NCBI GenBank assembly: GCA_951406725.2
Contig: OX597830.1
Location: 28,582,001 to 28,646,000 of the forward strand
Length of the DNA: 64,000 nt
Source: Octopus vulgaris
Lineage: Eukaryota
Reading direction: 5' to 3'
Below are positions 30,056-43,760 of the stretch, piece after piece. The position numbers were made by a program, and so were the translations under genes. The notes beneath the pieces are model-generated. The model was not told where the DNA came from. It worked only from the letters and a program-made list of their open reading frames with translations, and searched no databases. The stretch's first letter is position 1. Each line of letters begins with the position of its first letter.

Positions 30056-30092
30056 GTTCTAACGTTTCGAGCTAAGCTCTTCGTCAGAAAGG
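30056..30092 (-). ncRNA. Minimal type I hammerhead ribozyme-like motif (Penelope-like pLTR)
   Basis: Minus strand reads CTGACGA a GAGC tta GCTC GAAA CGTT. Core and stem II are intact, with a palindromic stem III. Confidence 0.65.
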
Positions 30093-30138
30093 GAAGACAG
30101 AGGAATGTCCTGGAGAGAAGAAAGGTTATCTTGAAATA

Positions 30139-30209
<71 letters not shown>

Positions 30210-30324
30210 GTATGTATATATATATATATATATATGTATAAGGGTGAAAAGGAACACACGAGTTGATATATATGAAAAAACAAATCAAAAATAGAAAATG
30301 CTAAAATAATTTTATAGTGAACAT

Positions 30325-30367
30325 TTCAGTACCGGTTTCGGTCATTTTGAGACCTTTTCAACTGTAA
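30325..30367 (-). ncRNA. Hammerhead-like variant motif
   Basis: Minus strand reads cag TTGAAAA GGTC tcaaaat GACC GAAA CCGG TA ctg. Three helices are present, but the core is non-canonical. Confidence 0.45.
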
Positions 30368-30504
30368 CGATTAAATAATAAAATTTAGAAAAATTAGAAG
30401 AAAATTTTTTTAAAGGAATATTTCTATGGTAGTGTTCAGATATAAGTGGCATGTATACATATATATATATACATATATATATGTATAAATATATATATAT
30501 ATAT

Positions 30505-30554
<50 letters not shown>

Positions 30555-31611
30555 GTATATATATACATACATATATATATACATACATATCTGTAAGTGT
30601 GTGGCTGCATACATGTGAGTATGTATACATATATACATGCACATATTTACATATACATACATACATGTATGTATGTATGTATGTATGTATGTATGTATGT
30701 ATGTATGTATGTATGCGCTTGTGTATGTATCTGTGTATTTGTGTGTATGTGTGTGTGTGTGCGTGTGTGTGTGTGTACAAGATGTTCAAGTGAGATAGGC
30801 ATAACAGAGGTGTGAAAATGAAAGATTAGCGAAAGAAACATGGGAATGAATGACAAAGTAGACACAGAATGAGGAAAGAATCTGCGAGAAGGAGAGTGAT
30901 AGAGAGTAAGGAAGAGAGAGAGAGCAGAGAGGGAGAGAAAAGACTGCGTTGAACTAGGGTGGGGGGAATGTTCGAGATACGTAGAGGGCAAACAAAAAGA
31001 GTGGGAGAAATGAAAGCTTTAAGAATTAAATAGAGATCTGCAAAAGAAGGCGAGAGAGAGAAGGGTGTAGATACAAGGGAAGAATGTGGGCGAGAAAACT
31101 GATTAAATAGAAACGAAGAATTGAGATGTATCGAATAGAGTGAGATTAAACTAACTGCAATCTAAGCCACACCTACTTCATGTATAATTTCATGCATGTA
31201 GCAGCAACAGGCTACATGGACACAGGCATATATAATGGTCGGTTGATGTGTGCGCGAGTATGTATATGGCTGTGTGACGCTCGGGTACGTGTGCGGTACA
31301 AAAGCCACAAAACCACATACACACACACACGTATATATATATATATATATATATACATATATTTCCTTGTATGTACGCATATATATATATACGTATATTT
31401 TATAGATATAGATATATTAGAATGCATATCTATACATACGCAGATACACGTATATACATGATTATTTTTTGGAATAGTATATCTTGGAGTATGTATACAA
31501 AGCTATAAACAATAGCATGTAAATATTGGGTGGATAGAATGTATATATGTATATATGTATGTATATATGTATATATGTGTGTGTGTGCACATATGTATAT
31601 AGATATACATG

Positions 31612-31666
<55 letters not shown>

Positions 31667-32063
31667 TTTGTATTAGCACATTTACATACGATCGTGCATA
31701 CCGTTATATATGTACTTTGAGATATGCTATATGTATGTATGTATGCATTTATGTATGTATGTATGTATATCTGTATGGTGATGTAATACATCAGTGTTCG
31801 GGTAGCTTTCTCCTCGCTGATATTCGCTCCATCTTACATTGTTAAAACGTCTTCGCACTTGTCGTCATATATCACTTACTTTTTCGCCTCAAATGCATTT
31901 AAATTGCATGAAATAGAATATATTTCTTCTGTTCTGTTATTCGAAGCTTTGATGCGGCAGGTTTATTATGTAAGATATAGGCATACCAATGTGAGACTTT
32001 CTCTCACTTTTTTTTCCGAAATACATACATACATACATGCATACATGCATCTTTGTACCTGTG

Positions 32064-32114
<51 letters not shown>

Positions 32115-32251
32115 ATATATATACATATATATATAAATATATCTGTGTGTGTGAGAGAGAGAGTGTGTGTGTGTGTGTATGTGTGTGTAAATATAAATAT
32201 ATAATATATATGTATATATGCATGTGGATATATATTATGTATATATATATG

Positions 32252-32302
<51 letters not shown>

Positions 32303-32706
32303 ATATATACATGTAGGTATATGTGAGTGTGTCTCTGTGTGTGGGTGTGTGCACATTTGTGTGTGTGTGCGTGCGGTGAAATGGAAGTGGAAGGTGTTTC
32401 GCCTGAATGAGACGGCTTTCTCTTACAAGCCCGCGAGACTTTAAGTCACATTGAGCCGAATCAAACAGTTTTAAAAAACAATAATAATAATAGTAATAAT
32501 AATAAATGAATATATTACATGTGCAAATGCCCGTGTATATATGAGCATATATGTATAGACATACATACGTACATATATATATATATATATATATATTGTT
32601 CTAAGTTACAGAAAACAAAAGACAAGGTCCAAGTGCAGGAACAAGAAGCAGGGAAGAATGGAAAAGTCTTATATATATACATATATATTTGTGTGTGTCT
32701 ATGTGT

Positions 32707-32768
<62 letters not shown>

Positions 32769-32797
32769 GCGTGTGTATTAATACATAGATACATATA

Positions 32798-33560
32798 TTG
32801 GGCCATTTCGTAAATAATGCAGTTTTTTCAATTGATTGAATTAAAAGCCGGGGAGCGGTCAAGGTAAACTAACTGCATCAACTTGCTATAAAAGCAGGTA
32901 TTAATTTTATCTTGAACTTATTCTTAGTGCAAATTTTGAAGACTGCTTTCGATTTTAACAGTTATTCCCTCAAAGCTATAATGGGAATGTCAAAGGAGCT
33001 TATTCGGCATGTTTTGCTTTATGTGTTAAATAAAGGCAAAAAGGCAACGGAATATGCGAGGAATATTAATTCAGTATTTGGGGATCAGACAATAAGTGTA
33101 AGCCAGTGTCAATGGTGGTTCCAGAAATTCCGAGCTGGAACTACAGCCTAGAAGACCAGCCTCGTCCTGGAAGATCTGTAGAGCTTGACGAGGACGTCGT
33201 GCAAAACCTGGTGGTACAAAGTCTGTTGAGGAACTAGCAGAGACGCTCGGATTTGGTCATTCGACCATTCATCGACACCTGCGTTCTATAAAAAAAAGTC
33301 AGCAAATTAGGCCAATGTGTTCCTCACAAACGTGTCCTGTCTAATGGCACGTAGTGATTGAATGTGTGTTCTTCTTTGCTCTCACATCTCACGAATGAAC
33401 CTCTTCTGGACCGACGAGAAATGGGTTCTCTATAAAAATGTCAAGTGCCGAAGACAGTGGGTGGGAAAATGAGAAACTCTGGCACACAAAGTTAAAGGTC
33501 TTGAACCACGTAATGTGTTGTTATCTGTTTGGTGTAATGTGAAAGGTTTAGTCTACTGAA
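32798..33560 (+). mobile_element. Mariner transposon, 5' half
   Basis: TA plus TIR-like ttgggccatttcgtaaataatgc. MGMSKELIRHVLLY...QWWFQKFRAG..LEDQPRPGR from 32981, then a WVPH-like motif, DEKWVLY and LSVW. Frameshifted; no right TIR seen. Confidence 0.88.
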
Positions 33561-33609
33561 CATTTAATCCATTGCAGGATTCAGGGCTTGCAAATTTGAA
33601 AAGAAGGGG

Positions 33610-33740
33610 CCATTATATCGAGTGCACTACGTCACAGTATTTTATCGACTCGGGAGAAATGAAAGGTGTAATTCACCTTGGCGGGATTTGAACTTAGAAA
33701 GTAAAGAGCCAAAGGAAATGCCTCTGGCATATTGCCCGAC
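33610..33740 (-). mobile_element. Degenerate SINE family B fragment
   Basis: ttttatcgactcgggagaaatgaaagg...ggcgggatttgaact. Confidence 0.6.
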
Positions 33741-33901
33741 TGTGTATGTATGTATGCCTGCATGTATGTGTGTATATATGTATGTAAGCATGTATATGTA
33801 TATGTATGTATGTATCCATGCATATATGTGTATATGTATGTATGCATTTATGTATATATGTATGTATGTATTACACGCCCAAAAGTGTGTGTACGCTTGT
33901 G

Positions 33902-33953
<52 letters not shown>

Positions 33954-34205
33954 TGTGAGGAGTGCGTGTGCGCCCGGTAGGTCATTAATTTTCAGAGATT
34001 TAATTTTACTATTGATTGACTTTGACAATGGCGAATACATGGTGTTAAACGAAAGGCAACATTAACCACGGCGGAATTTCAACCAACTCAGAACTTAAAG
34101 AACCGACGTAAATATTGATTTCAACAGCGAATAAGTAAAAACAAAAAATAAATCCGCTGTTCTGACAACTTTGTCAATGAGCAACCGCATTATGTTAACA
34201 AGAAA

Positions 34206-34418
34206 GGCAGCGAGGTGGCAGAACCGTTAGTACACCGAGCAAAATGATTCGAAATATTTCGCCCGTCATACTGTGTGAGCTTTAATTCCACTGAGATCGA
34301 TTTTGCCTTTCATCCTTTTGGGGGTCTATAAAATTAAGCACCAGTGAAAAATTGGTTTCGATATAATCCACTAGTCCACTTCCCCCGAATTTCAGGCCTC
34401 GTGCCTATCGTAGAAGGG
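34206..34418 (+). mobile_element. SINE family B with ATT tail
   Basis: ggcagcgaggtggcagaaccgttag...ttgcctttcatccttttgggg...gtgcctatcgtagaagg followed by attattatt. Confidence 0.85.
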
Positions 34419-34433
34419 ATTATTATTATTATT

Positions 34434-34630
34434 GTCTTAGTACAGTTTCTAACGCTGGAGATGTACTACGGTGTTGGCTGTTCCTTACCAGTGAACTAAG
34501 GTTACACTCCTTTAATTTTCGAGCACCATCCGGAGTATTCGAAGGGTTCCAAACAGTACTGTTTTATGCAAGAGCTCCATCCTTATTGCAGCCCTTGTTT
34601 GTTCCATGTACTTCTCAAGATGGCTTATCA
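34434..34630 (-). mobile_element. R4/Dong-type LINE 3' stub inside (ATT)n
   Basis: LEKYMEQTRAAIRMELLHKTVLFGTLRILRMVLEN* is homologous to the element A end LQKTVLLGTARIIAMVLDI*. (ATT)n lies on both sides. Confidence 0.8.
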
Positions 34631-34631
34631 A

Positions 34632-34721
<90 letters not shown>

Positions 34722-34732
34722 CATCATTATTA
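34631..34732. repeat. (ATT)n array
   Basis: Directly visible. Confidence 0.95.
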
Positions 34733-34733
34733 C

Positions 34734-34799
34734 TGTGGCACCTTGGGCAAGTGTCTTCGGGCTGACCAAATCCTTGAGTGGAAACTGAAAGAAGCCCGT

Positions 34800-34835
<36 letters not shown>

Positions 34836-34865
34836 TATGCATCTATATCTATATCTATCTATCTA

Positions 34866-34901
<36 letters not shown>

Positions 34902-35123
34902 TACATACATACACACACACGCACACATATTTACCTGTGTGTGTCTTTCTGTTTGTTTTTGATCCACCTGTTATCGCTGGACAGCTGTTGTTGGTGCGTT
35001 TATATCCGGGAAATCTAGTGGTTCGAAAAAAGTACCTGATAGAATAAGTGTTGGTGTCGATTTGTTCGACTAAAACTGATGCTCCAGCATGGTCGCATTA
35101 AAATGACTGGAACGTATAAAAGA
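34734..35123 (+). mobile_element. SINE family A, 5'-truncated
   Basis: gtggcaccttgggcaagtgtcttc...ggaaactgaaagaagcccg, an internal microsatellite, and tail tgctccagcatggtcgca..aaatgactgg. Confidence 0.85.
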
Positions 35124-35136
35124 AAATTATTATTAA

Positions 35137-35545
35137 GGCGTTGAGCTGGCAGAACCGTTAGCAGAATGTTTAGCAGCATTTCGACCATCTTTACGTTCTG
35201 ATTTCTAATTCCACCGAGGCCCGACTTTGCTTTTCATTCTTTTGGGATGTGTCAGTATAAAAGTCAAATGATTTGACACAAAACGTTTATTTTTAAGACA
35301 TAAATATATTTTTTTCATTGGTTTCGTTTAAAATTTTTGGAGTCTTGTTCTCATTTTATACATTTTATTTCTTATATGTATTTTTGTTGTCTCTTCCTTC
35401 CTGTCATTGCCGCCAGCGGAGAAACGAAATTGAAATGATGGTGTTTGCTTTTCATCCTTTTGAGGTCGATAACTTAAGTACCAGATGCGCACTGGGGTCA
35501 ATGTAATCAACTTGTCCCCTACCTCAAAATTGCTGGTCTTTTTTG
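35137..35545 (+). mobile_element. SINE family B split by a ~190-bp foreign insert
   Basis: Head and core at 35137-35247; core and tail resume at about 35441. Confidence 0.75.
35248..35440 (+). repeat. ~190-bp segment duplicated at 37326-37520
   Basis: gtcagta.aaaagtcaaa.gatttgacacaaaacgttt...ctgtcattgccg.cagcgg.gaaacga.at.gaaatgat is present at both loci. Confidence 0.92.
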
Positions 35546-36010
35546 TTATATTTTAAAGGTTATTATGTTAACAAGAAGAACAACAAATATTGAAGAATAA
35601 GGAACAAAACAGCTATGTGATTAATTGTTGACTGTATCACTTAATGGCTTTTGTTTTTGCAGCTCTATTGCGTTGGCAGAAACGCCCACGTTATTCTCTC
35701 GCTAAATGTGTTTTTATTGAAATAAAAGAACAAAGAAAAAAAAGTAGCCGGTATATTCCAGGTGTGTGATAAAACGTTGGTATGCAGATGTCAAATTGCG
35801 TAGGAGACAACTCTGGTCTGCGCTCATGTTATAAGTTTACTTGTGTGTAATAATATAAATATTTACACAGACTCACAAAGAATAATATGTTGTAGTCAAC
35901 ATGGCAAATAATACGCTTGAGAACGTTGGTAATATCAATTGGTTTAACATATACACACACATAAGCACAAACATATACATACAAACAAATACACACACAC
36001 ATATAGGTGT

Positions 36011-36050
<40 letters not shown>

Positions 36051-36192
36051 GCATATACGTATTTACGTATATATATGTATATGTGTGTGTGTGTACATAT
36101 ATATGTGTACATATACATACATATATATATATGTGTACATATACATACATGTATAAATGTATTTATATGTATGTATAAATATCACCTACGTA

Positions 36193-36279
<87 letters not shown>

Positions 36280-37201
36280 TGAGTGAGGGAGAGTGAGTTA
36301 GAGAACGGGAGAGAGAGAAATAAAGGATATCAGTACTATCTAAATAAGCAGAAAATAGAAAATGGTTTTTAACATCACACAAATTGATATACAAACAACA
36401 CACATAAACACCAGCGCAGGCATACACTCTTCCACTGATACCTATATACATATGTATACGTATATATACACATGCATACCCATACAAAACACACATACGG
36501 AGTATAGACGCCATCTTGTGTCGGTACGCCGTTACATACCTCATAATAGCACACTTCATCTTTAACACTGAATATGACACGTGGTCCACTCCACTTTTAA
36601 ATTTAATCTACCACCACCACCAGCACCACTACCACCTCAACCAATACTTCCATGATCATCGTAATGATTCTGAACCACAACATCATCGCCACCATTACCG
36701 CCATCAGGTTAACCATTAACACCACTACCGCAGTTATCAATAACACCACAACCAATGACAATAACGCTAGCAATGTGTTTTTAAACAGTTAAACAACTAA
36801 AAACGTAAACACGAAGAAGAGTAAACAAAAACTACAAAAAACGAAAGGAACAAAAGCGATTTTTAAAAAACAATTTAAAAACCTCGTTCCCACCTCCTTA
36901 CACGTCGTGCAAATACCGTCATTGAAACACTAAACAAAATTTAAAATTATCGCCTTTTAGCTTGAGGGCGAAAACGGAAAGTTAAAGTATAAAAAAGCAT
37001 AAAATTTATACAAAGCTTCGCCGTCTGAACGGAACAATAATTTTCACATTCGCTTCATGCCTCTTGCTCCCTAACCCTATTTTAAGGCTGCGTTTAAAAT
37101 TTTTAAATTTTTTCATTTTCTTTTCAACATAAATGCCTCTTCCTTCCCTCAGCCACCATTATCTTTTCGTTTATTTATTTATTTTGATCATCTTTATCTT
37201 G

Positions 37202-37243
<42 letters not shown>

Positions 37244-38026
37244 ATCTCTCTTGTCCTGCCACCATCTTAAAGATCTCGTCTCTGTTGTTTCGACACTCGT
37301 CTGTGGATAGCCACAAGTAACTGTGTCTGTCAGTAAAAAAGTCAAACGATTTGACACAAAACGTTTATTTTTAAGACATAAATATTTTTTTTTTCATTGG
37401 TTTCGTTTTAAATTTTTTTGATTCTTGTTCTCGTTTTATACACTTTATTTTTTATATTTAATTTTGTTGTCTCTTCCTTCCTGTCATTGCCGTCAGCGGG
37501 GAAACGAGATGGAAATGATAGTGTTAGAAATGAGGGCAAAAAATAAAGATGTAAGGTGGATGCGGAGAATATATAAAAGAGAGAAAAAAGACGAGGAAAA
37601 GTGGGAGTAGAAATAGCGTAGTTGAAGGACGTGTTTAGTGGTACATCGCTTTTGCTCTTTTGAACTTTTACGCTCTTGTTACATAAATTGTCGTATTTTT
37701 ATTTGTTAAATTACAGCAAAGAAGCTATGCCCATAGCCGGCAAATCCGCCTGACAAGGTTGGGTGGAGAAGTTTAAGCTGCGATTACATTATATTACATT
37801 ACATATACATTTTTTAATTGGCTCGTTTTATGTTGTTGAATATTTAGTCATTGGAGGATATACATGAGCAGGAGAGTGGAAATGAATAAATTTGGCTAAT
37901 TTTATTTCAATTTAACGGAGTTTAAACACATTCAAAGTATTGAAAAAACACTAGGACCTATATGAATACAAATTAACGGTAATATTAAAGTTTTATATAT
38001 ATATATATATATACATATATATACAC

Positions 38027-38146
<120 letters not shown>

Positions 38147-38177
38147 GCATAAACATATATTGACATTATTAAATATG

Positions 38178-38212
<35 letters not shown>

Positions 38213-38304
38213 ATGTATATATATAAATGCCCACACACATAGACGCATGAAGAGAGAGAGTGGGAGAAAGATAGATAGATAGATAGGTAGATATATAGAT
38301 AGAC

Positions 38305-38367
<63 letters not shown>

Positions 38368-38993
38368 AGAATGATTCTGAGTTGATCCATTTATCAAATG
38401 GACATAGATTCAAAATGCTATAGACTATCCACACAGTTATCCCTACCTTCACATATAAATAAAGTGAATGGCGTTAATCTATATCACCTTTTTGTCAAAT
38501 TTTTTTTGTGTTTTTTGTCTTTTTTCTTCAGTTGACTTTGATGCGTGTTTTCGAATGCCTTGTTCCAAGCCTGCATGCGGTTCGTCGAAGAGGTAGAAAT
38601 GCATACCAATGCACCCTCTGAATCACACCAAGCACCTTTATAAATTAAAGAACGCATTGGATGGTATTGTTTCGATACACTAAAAGACAGTATGGTGATG
38701 CAAACCAGTAATATTGATTCACGGGTTTGCAGGACAAGACCTTACATGTTGCTAACAAGACACTCCTCCCCTTCTTCCTCCTCAACGCCTCTTCCTCAAC
38801 GCCTCCTCCTCAACTCCTCCTCGTCCTCATCCTCGTCGTCGACGTCCTCCTCCTTCTCATCTGCATAAAAAAACAATGATAACTAGTCTGGTAGTTAGTC
38901 ATCGTTTCGATAGTGTTAAGGGGAGAAGGAAGAGCAAGCTCAGTACGCTTTTCTAGTGTGAATAACTAATATTTCCCTTTGAGTGAAGATATA

Positions 38994-39216
38994 CGAGGTG
39001 TGTGCTGAAAAGTCCCTCGCTTTAAAGGTATCGCGAAAGGCCTGGCAGGAGGCTCAACCTTCCGAGATCTTTCACACGAATTAGAAATACTGAAGGACCG
39101 CTGCAATTAGTTGGAAATGAAATCTGAGAAGATAAATATGTTGAATAAAATCATATTTAACTTATCCTCCTCAATTTTCTTTTACCCCAAGTCAGGATCG
39201 TTTCAGCACCCTGCTG
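38994..39216 (+). mobile_element. Mariner-derived MITE
   Basis: TA-cgaggtgtgtgctgaaaag...tttcagcaccctgctg-TA. The interior keeps a transposase-end remnant (LEILKDRCN...YVE*). Confidence 0.7.
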
Positions 39217-39722
39217 TAGTAATTATCAGAAACTAAGCACTTCTGTTGTCAAATCAAACCTTTTACAGAGGGATATTTTACTAGGGATATTTTGATCAAT
39301 ACCAGGCGCGCACTATTTTTTTCTTAACTGATACAATACTATGACAGTGATTCGCATTCTTTTTCGTGGGACGTTTTGCTATATAAAAAATTTAACTATT
39401 TATTAGGAAACTCATGGAACATTAAATTAGCGTATTCTGCTCAATATTCTAGAGAGGAGGGTCTCAGGAGACATAGCTCATGAACAAGTGGTCGGCGCTA
39501 CTAACATTTTATGGTAATGTTTCGTTTGCAGACCATAGTTCACCCATCATTGAGCTAAATTTTTTAAAGTACCATGCAACATAAAAACTAGACGATCTGG
39601 CATTTGTGTTGCATAATACAACACGCCATATTATTTTTGCATATTCCATCATATTTGTTGCTTAATTATGTTTTTCATTATAAATCGTATAAACAAAGGA
39701 AATGTATACACACACACACACG

Positions 39723-39796
<74 letters not shown>

Positions 39797-39803
39797 CATA
39801 CAC

Positions 39804-39855
<52 letters not shown>

Positions 39856-39859
39856 GAAA

Positions 39860-39968
39860 GTATTCTTTCAGTTTCTGTCTACTAAATCTACTTTTAATGC
39901 TTTGGGAACACTAGCAGAAGACATCCACCCACGTTGCCACGCATTCGGTTTGAACCCATAACAATGTA
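39860..39968 (-). mobile_element. Degenerate SINE family A 5' part
   Basis: ttctttcagtttctgtctactaaatc...agcagaagaca...gccacgca...tgaaccc. Confidence 0.6.
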
Positions 39969-41443
39969 ATTGAATAAGTATATAATTGAAACAGAATATA
40001 ATTACCTCGCAGCTTCACCTGCCCCTATTATACACGAGTTCTAGCAGTCATACACATTGCTAGCAGTCACACGTGTCAGTAGCGTACACCAGAATTTCGA
40101 GGAAGCAGTTAAGTAATTAGTTGTAGAAAATTTTGATGTTGATGTATACAGAACTTAATTAGATAGATCCCGAAGAGAATAAATACTAACCTTACTTCAG
40201 TCATGTTTTTAGACCCTCTAGGTGCTACAATAATGCTGTGTAACACGATCTTTGTCCTTGGGTAGCAACTGTTATTCCCTATTTGCTAACCCCACAAAAG
40301 TTTGCAAAATGGCTAATATTGCCATGAAAATTTGCTTTTCCTATATTTATTCAAACACCAGAGAATCCCTCTCAATACATGGCTATGATGCTCCCCAACT
40401 ACTCATGATTAGAGATTCACATATTGTCATCCACTAAGGGACTCGCTCAAATGGTTAAGGTCATGCAAACGACATGTAAATCTGTGGTATTGAGCAAAAT
40501 AGTTGCTATAACGATATTTCTGCTTCAGCAACTCAGTGCTGACTCTGTTTGCAATGCAATGGAAAATAGGTCAGTTTCAAAACATTGATGTCTAGACCAC
40601 AAAATCGAAGTTGAAGGGCACAGCAGTGATTTCCTTTGATTTCTAGATAGAAGCAAATAGGAAATAACACTTATTGACCAAAGACAAAAACAAAATTGTT
40701 GCAGAGTATAATCATTTTATGGTTCCATTCTATACCTGGAGATCAAATCAATTTATCGTCTTCTGCCGGGTATTTGGAAAGAGAACAGCCATCGATACTT
40801 GATTCTGGGCATCAAAATAAGTTACTTTCGATCTCTGGTCAAATCCGTCTTCACCTACTTCACCTGAGAACTAAAATATTCACCCGGTGGGAAAGCCCAA
40901 CGTTATTCTTATAAAAGAATCTTTCACTTTTCCCATCGTAAATGTTTGACCTTGAGCCAACAAGTAAAGTTTATAACAAGCACAAAAGAAGGAAAGTAAC
41001 AAAAAAGCTAGGCTGAGGTAGAATATATACAAATTACAAAATGGCGAGAGAAAAGAAAAGGAGTGAAATAGAAAAAAATGCAGAAAGAAACACCACTACA
41101 CTGCATCTGACTGCATGGCTGATATGACTAACTTGGCTTTGATGTCAATTTATTCTTCTTTTGCAGGTTGAGTGTGAATGTGCTTCACCATGACATTTTC
41201 AAAGATTCTCGTCACAAAACCTAAAATATATTAATATCAATTATAGCTGCACTCCTGCCGCCATGAGAATTTGCTAAACCAATTTAAGACTTACCCATCG
41301 ACCATATAAATACATACATACATACAAACAAACATACATACATACATATATATACATATATATATAAACACACATAGTTATATACATACACACATACATA
41401 CGTACCTATATATATATATATATATACAAACATGCATACATAC

Positions 41444-41490
<47 letters not shown>

Positions 41491-42325
41491 TATCTATATA
41501 CATGCATATACCTATGTTTGTGTATATATTACATATATACATATATAGGAATGTATATATATATATATATATATACATACGCATGGTTGAATATTGGTAT
41601 ATACTATGTATTGTGAGCCTCTTAGCGTAGGTGTGTGTGCGTGTGTCTGTGCGTGTGTGTGCATATATGAGTGTGTGTGTGAGCGTGTGTGTCTGTGTAA
41701 AGCTGTATAATACGAATATGGAGATGTTTCGCTTCGTTTCGTTTTTTGTTCTTTACTGAAACGTTTTGTTAATTGTAAAAGTTCTTTCATATTTCTTCTA
41801 TTCTTCTTTCTTTGTACTTCTCACCATTTTTTTTATCTCTTGCTTTGTATTTTCATATATACTGTTTTTATTTATTAGTTTTCTTCCATATTTGTATTCG
41901 CTACTGTGCATATGTCTGTAATGTATGTGTGTTTCTCTGTATGCATGTATGTATATATGCATGTACGTATATATGCATGTACGTATGTATGTATATGTGT
42001 ATATATATATATATAAGTATGTATGTACGTATGTATCTATGTATATATGTATGTATATATGTATGTATATATGTATGTATGTATATGTGTATGTATGTAC
42101 ATGCGTTGTGTGTGTGTGGTGTTTTAACGCAAGTTTCATACGTAACAGACACAACCACTGCGACCACCATTGCCGCCCTAACTCCGACCCATGTCAGGTT
42201 TCGGGAGTCTCGTCACGGAACACACTGGTATTTAAATATGTTACTGTTTTGGCATATTCATTTAATTTACGTAAACCCTCATACATACGCACTCCTATAC
42301 ATGTACACATATATATAGGTAAACG

Positions 42326-42371
<46 letters not shown>

Positions 42372-42437
42372 CCTGTAAATATATGCATACAAATATATGT
42401 ATATGCATCCACACGTACATAGAGATACACACACACA

Positions 42438-42516
<79 letters not shown>

Positions 42517-42710
42517 AGATAGATACATAATACTTACATACAAATAAAATACGACCGTATAAAACAAAAACATATATATACGCTCGTGCACACATATGTG
42601 TACGTATATATTTTCGTATATAAATGTATGTCCAACTTGTGATCATGATACTTCAGGGCCTATGGTTATACGTTTCAGTGTTCTTCGTATGTTGTTTCAT
42701 TAATAATAGT

Positions 42711-42969
42711 AATAATATCCTCCCGAAGTACCTGAGAGACCTGCATGGGGTGGAAGTAGGTACCTTCAAAAGAAAGCTGGACCACTTCCTGTCAGGTGTC
42801 CCAGATGAACCAACTTCGCGGTAGGAGGTGCAGATGATGGCAGCTACATCAAACTCTCTCATGCACTGAATATCAATTCCTAAAAAGCATTCGTGAAGTA
42901 AAATTATGTAGCAATACCAAGTAGCATTGCCCCAGCATGGCCAGAGCTCGTAAGCTGAAACTAGATAAG
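42711..42969 (+). mobile_element. 3' end of a CR1/L2-group LINE
   Basis: NILPKYLRDLHGVEVGTFKRKLDHFLSGVPDEP...AATSNSL is a typical ORF2 terminus, followed by a 3' UTR with gccccagcatggcc and a terminal stem-loop. Confidence 0.8.
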
Positions 42970-43165
42970 ATGTATATAGTCTACAGTTAGTGAGATGTAA
43001 TCCAGGGACGACCAGTATAGAAAACACATGGGAGTATTCAAATGATTTGAACTTATACTCCAAAGACATTATCGAAGAGTAAGTTCGTGGGGTAAAGAGT
43101 GTATATAAAAGGTACCCAGGTGAGTCCATACGGAGATAGTGATGCAAAATAAGTATGCTTGGGCT

Positions 43166-43225
<60 letters not shown>

Positions 43226-43595
43226 CAAAATATTAAGGAATGACCCTGAGAAGGTCGTTCGACTCACTTGAAAAGAGCAGCTAAAACTCAAAACCGCAAA
43301 AACTAGTAGTAATTCTGAAATTAGAGGAAAATAAAGGAAAATAAAAAACATTTATCCCCTTCAAACTTTGTACCCTGCAAGGTTTCAACATCTTCACGCA
43401 ATCAAATTTAATTAAATTAAATTAAATCCGTTTACGCTTGGCTTGTCTCGTCAGCAAAATCACCAAAATAGGAGGCAGATATATATACACGAGGCTATAC
43501 CATCTAAGACTCGGGTCTATATATCGTAAATTTTCGAATTCACCGTAATCGCGCCATCTACTCCGCAGCAAATATATGAATTAATGAATTGATTA

Positions 43596-43650
<55 letters not shown>

Positions 43651-43760
43651 GCATAGACGTGGCTGGGATGTATAATTGTGAACATTTGTCTATGCTCTCT
43701 GGATACGTTGTGTTAGTATGCTATGTATAAGTGTTTATATTTATATATTTTTGGTTATGT

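Noticed and set aside
40826-40863. Possible minus-strand micro-exon GEVGEDGFDQRSK (collagen-like)
   Set aside because: Only three Gly-X-Y units, 38 nt, weak donor and no partner exons.
41150-41300. Strong-looking splice acceptor ttcttcttttgcag
   Set aside because: No convincing downstream reading frame or donor; such sites are common in AT-rich DNA.
42149-42227. GC-rich AG...GT-bounded segment (TTTATTIAALTPTHVRF)
   Set aside because: Poor polypyrimidine tract and no recognisable domain; it cannot be supported without RNA data.
43090-43115. TATA box-like gtatataaaagg
   Set aside because: TATA-like strings are ubiquitous here, and there is no associated gene or LTR pair.
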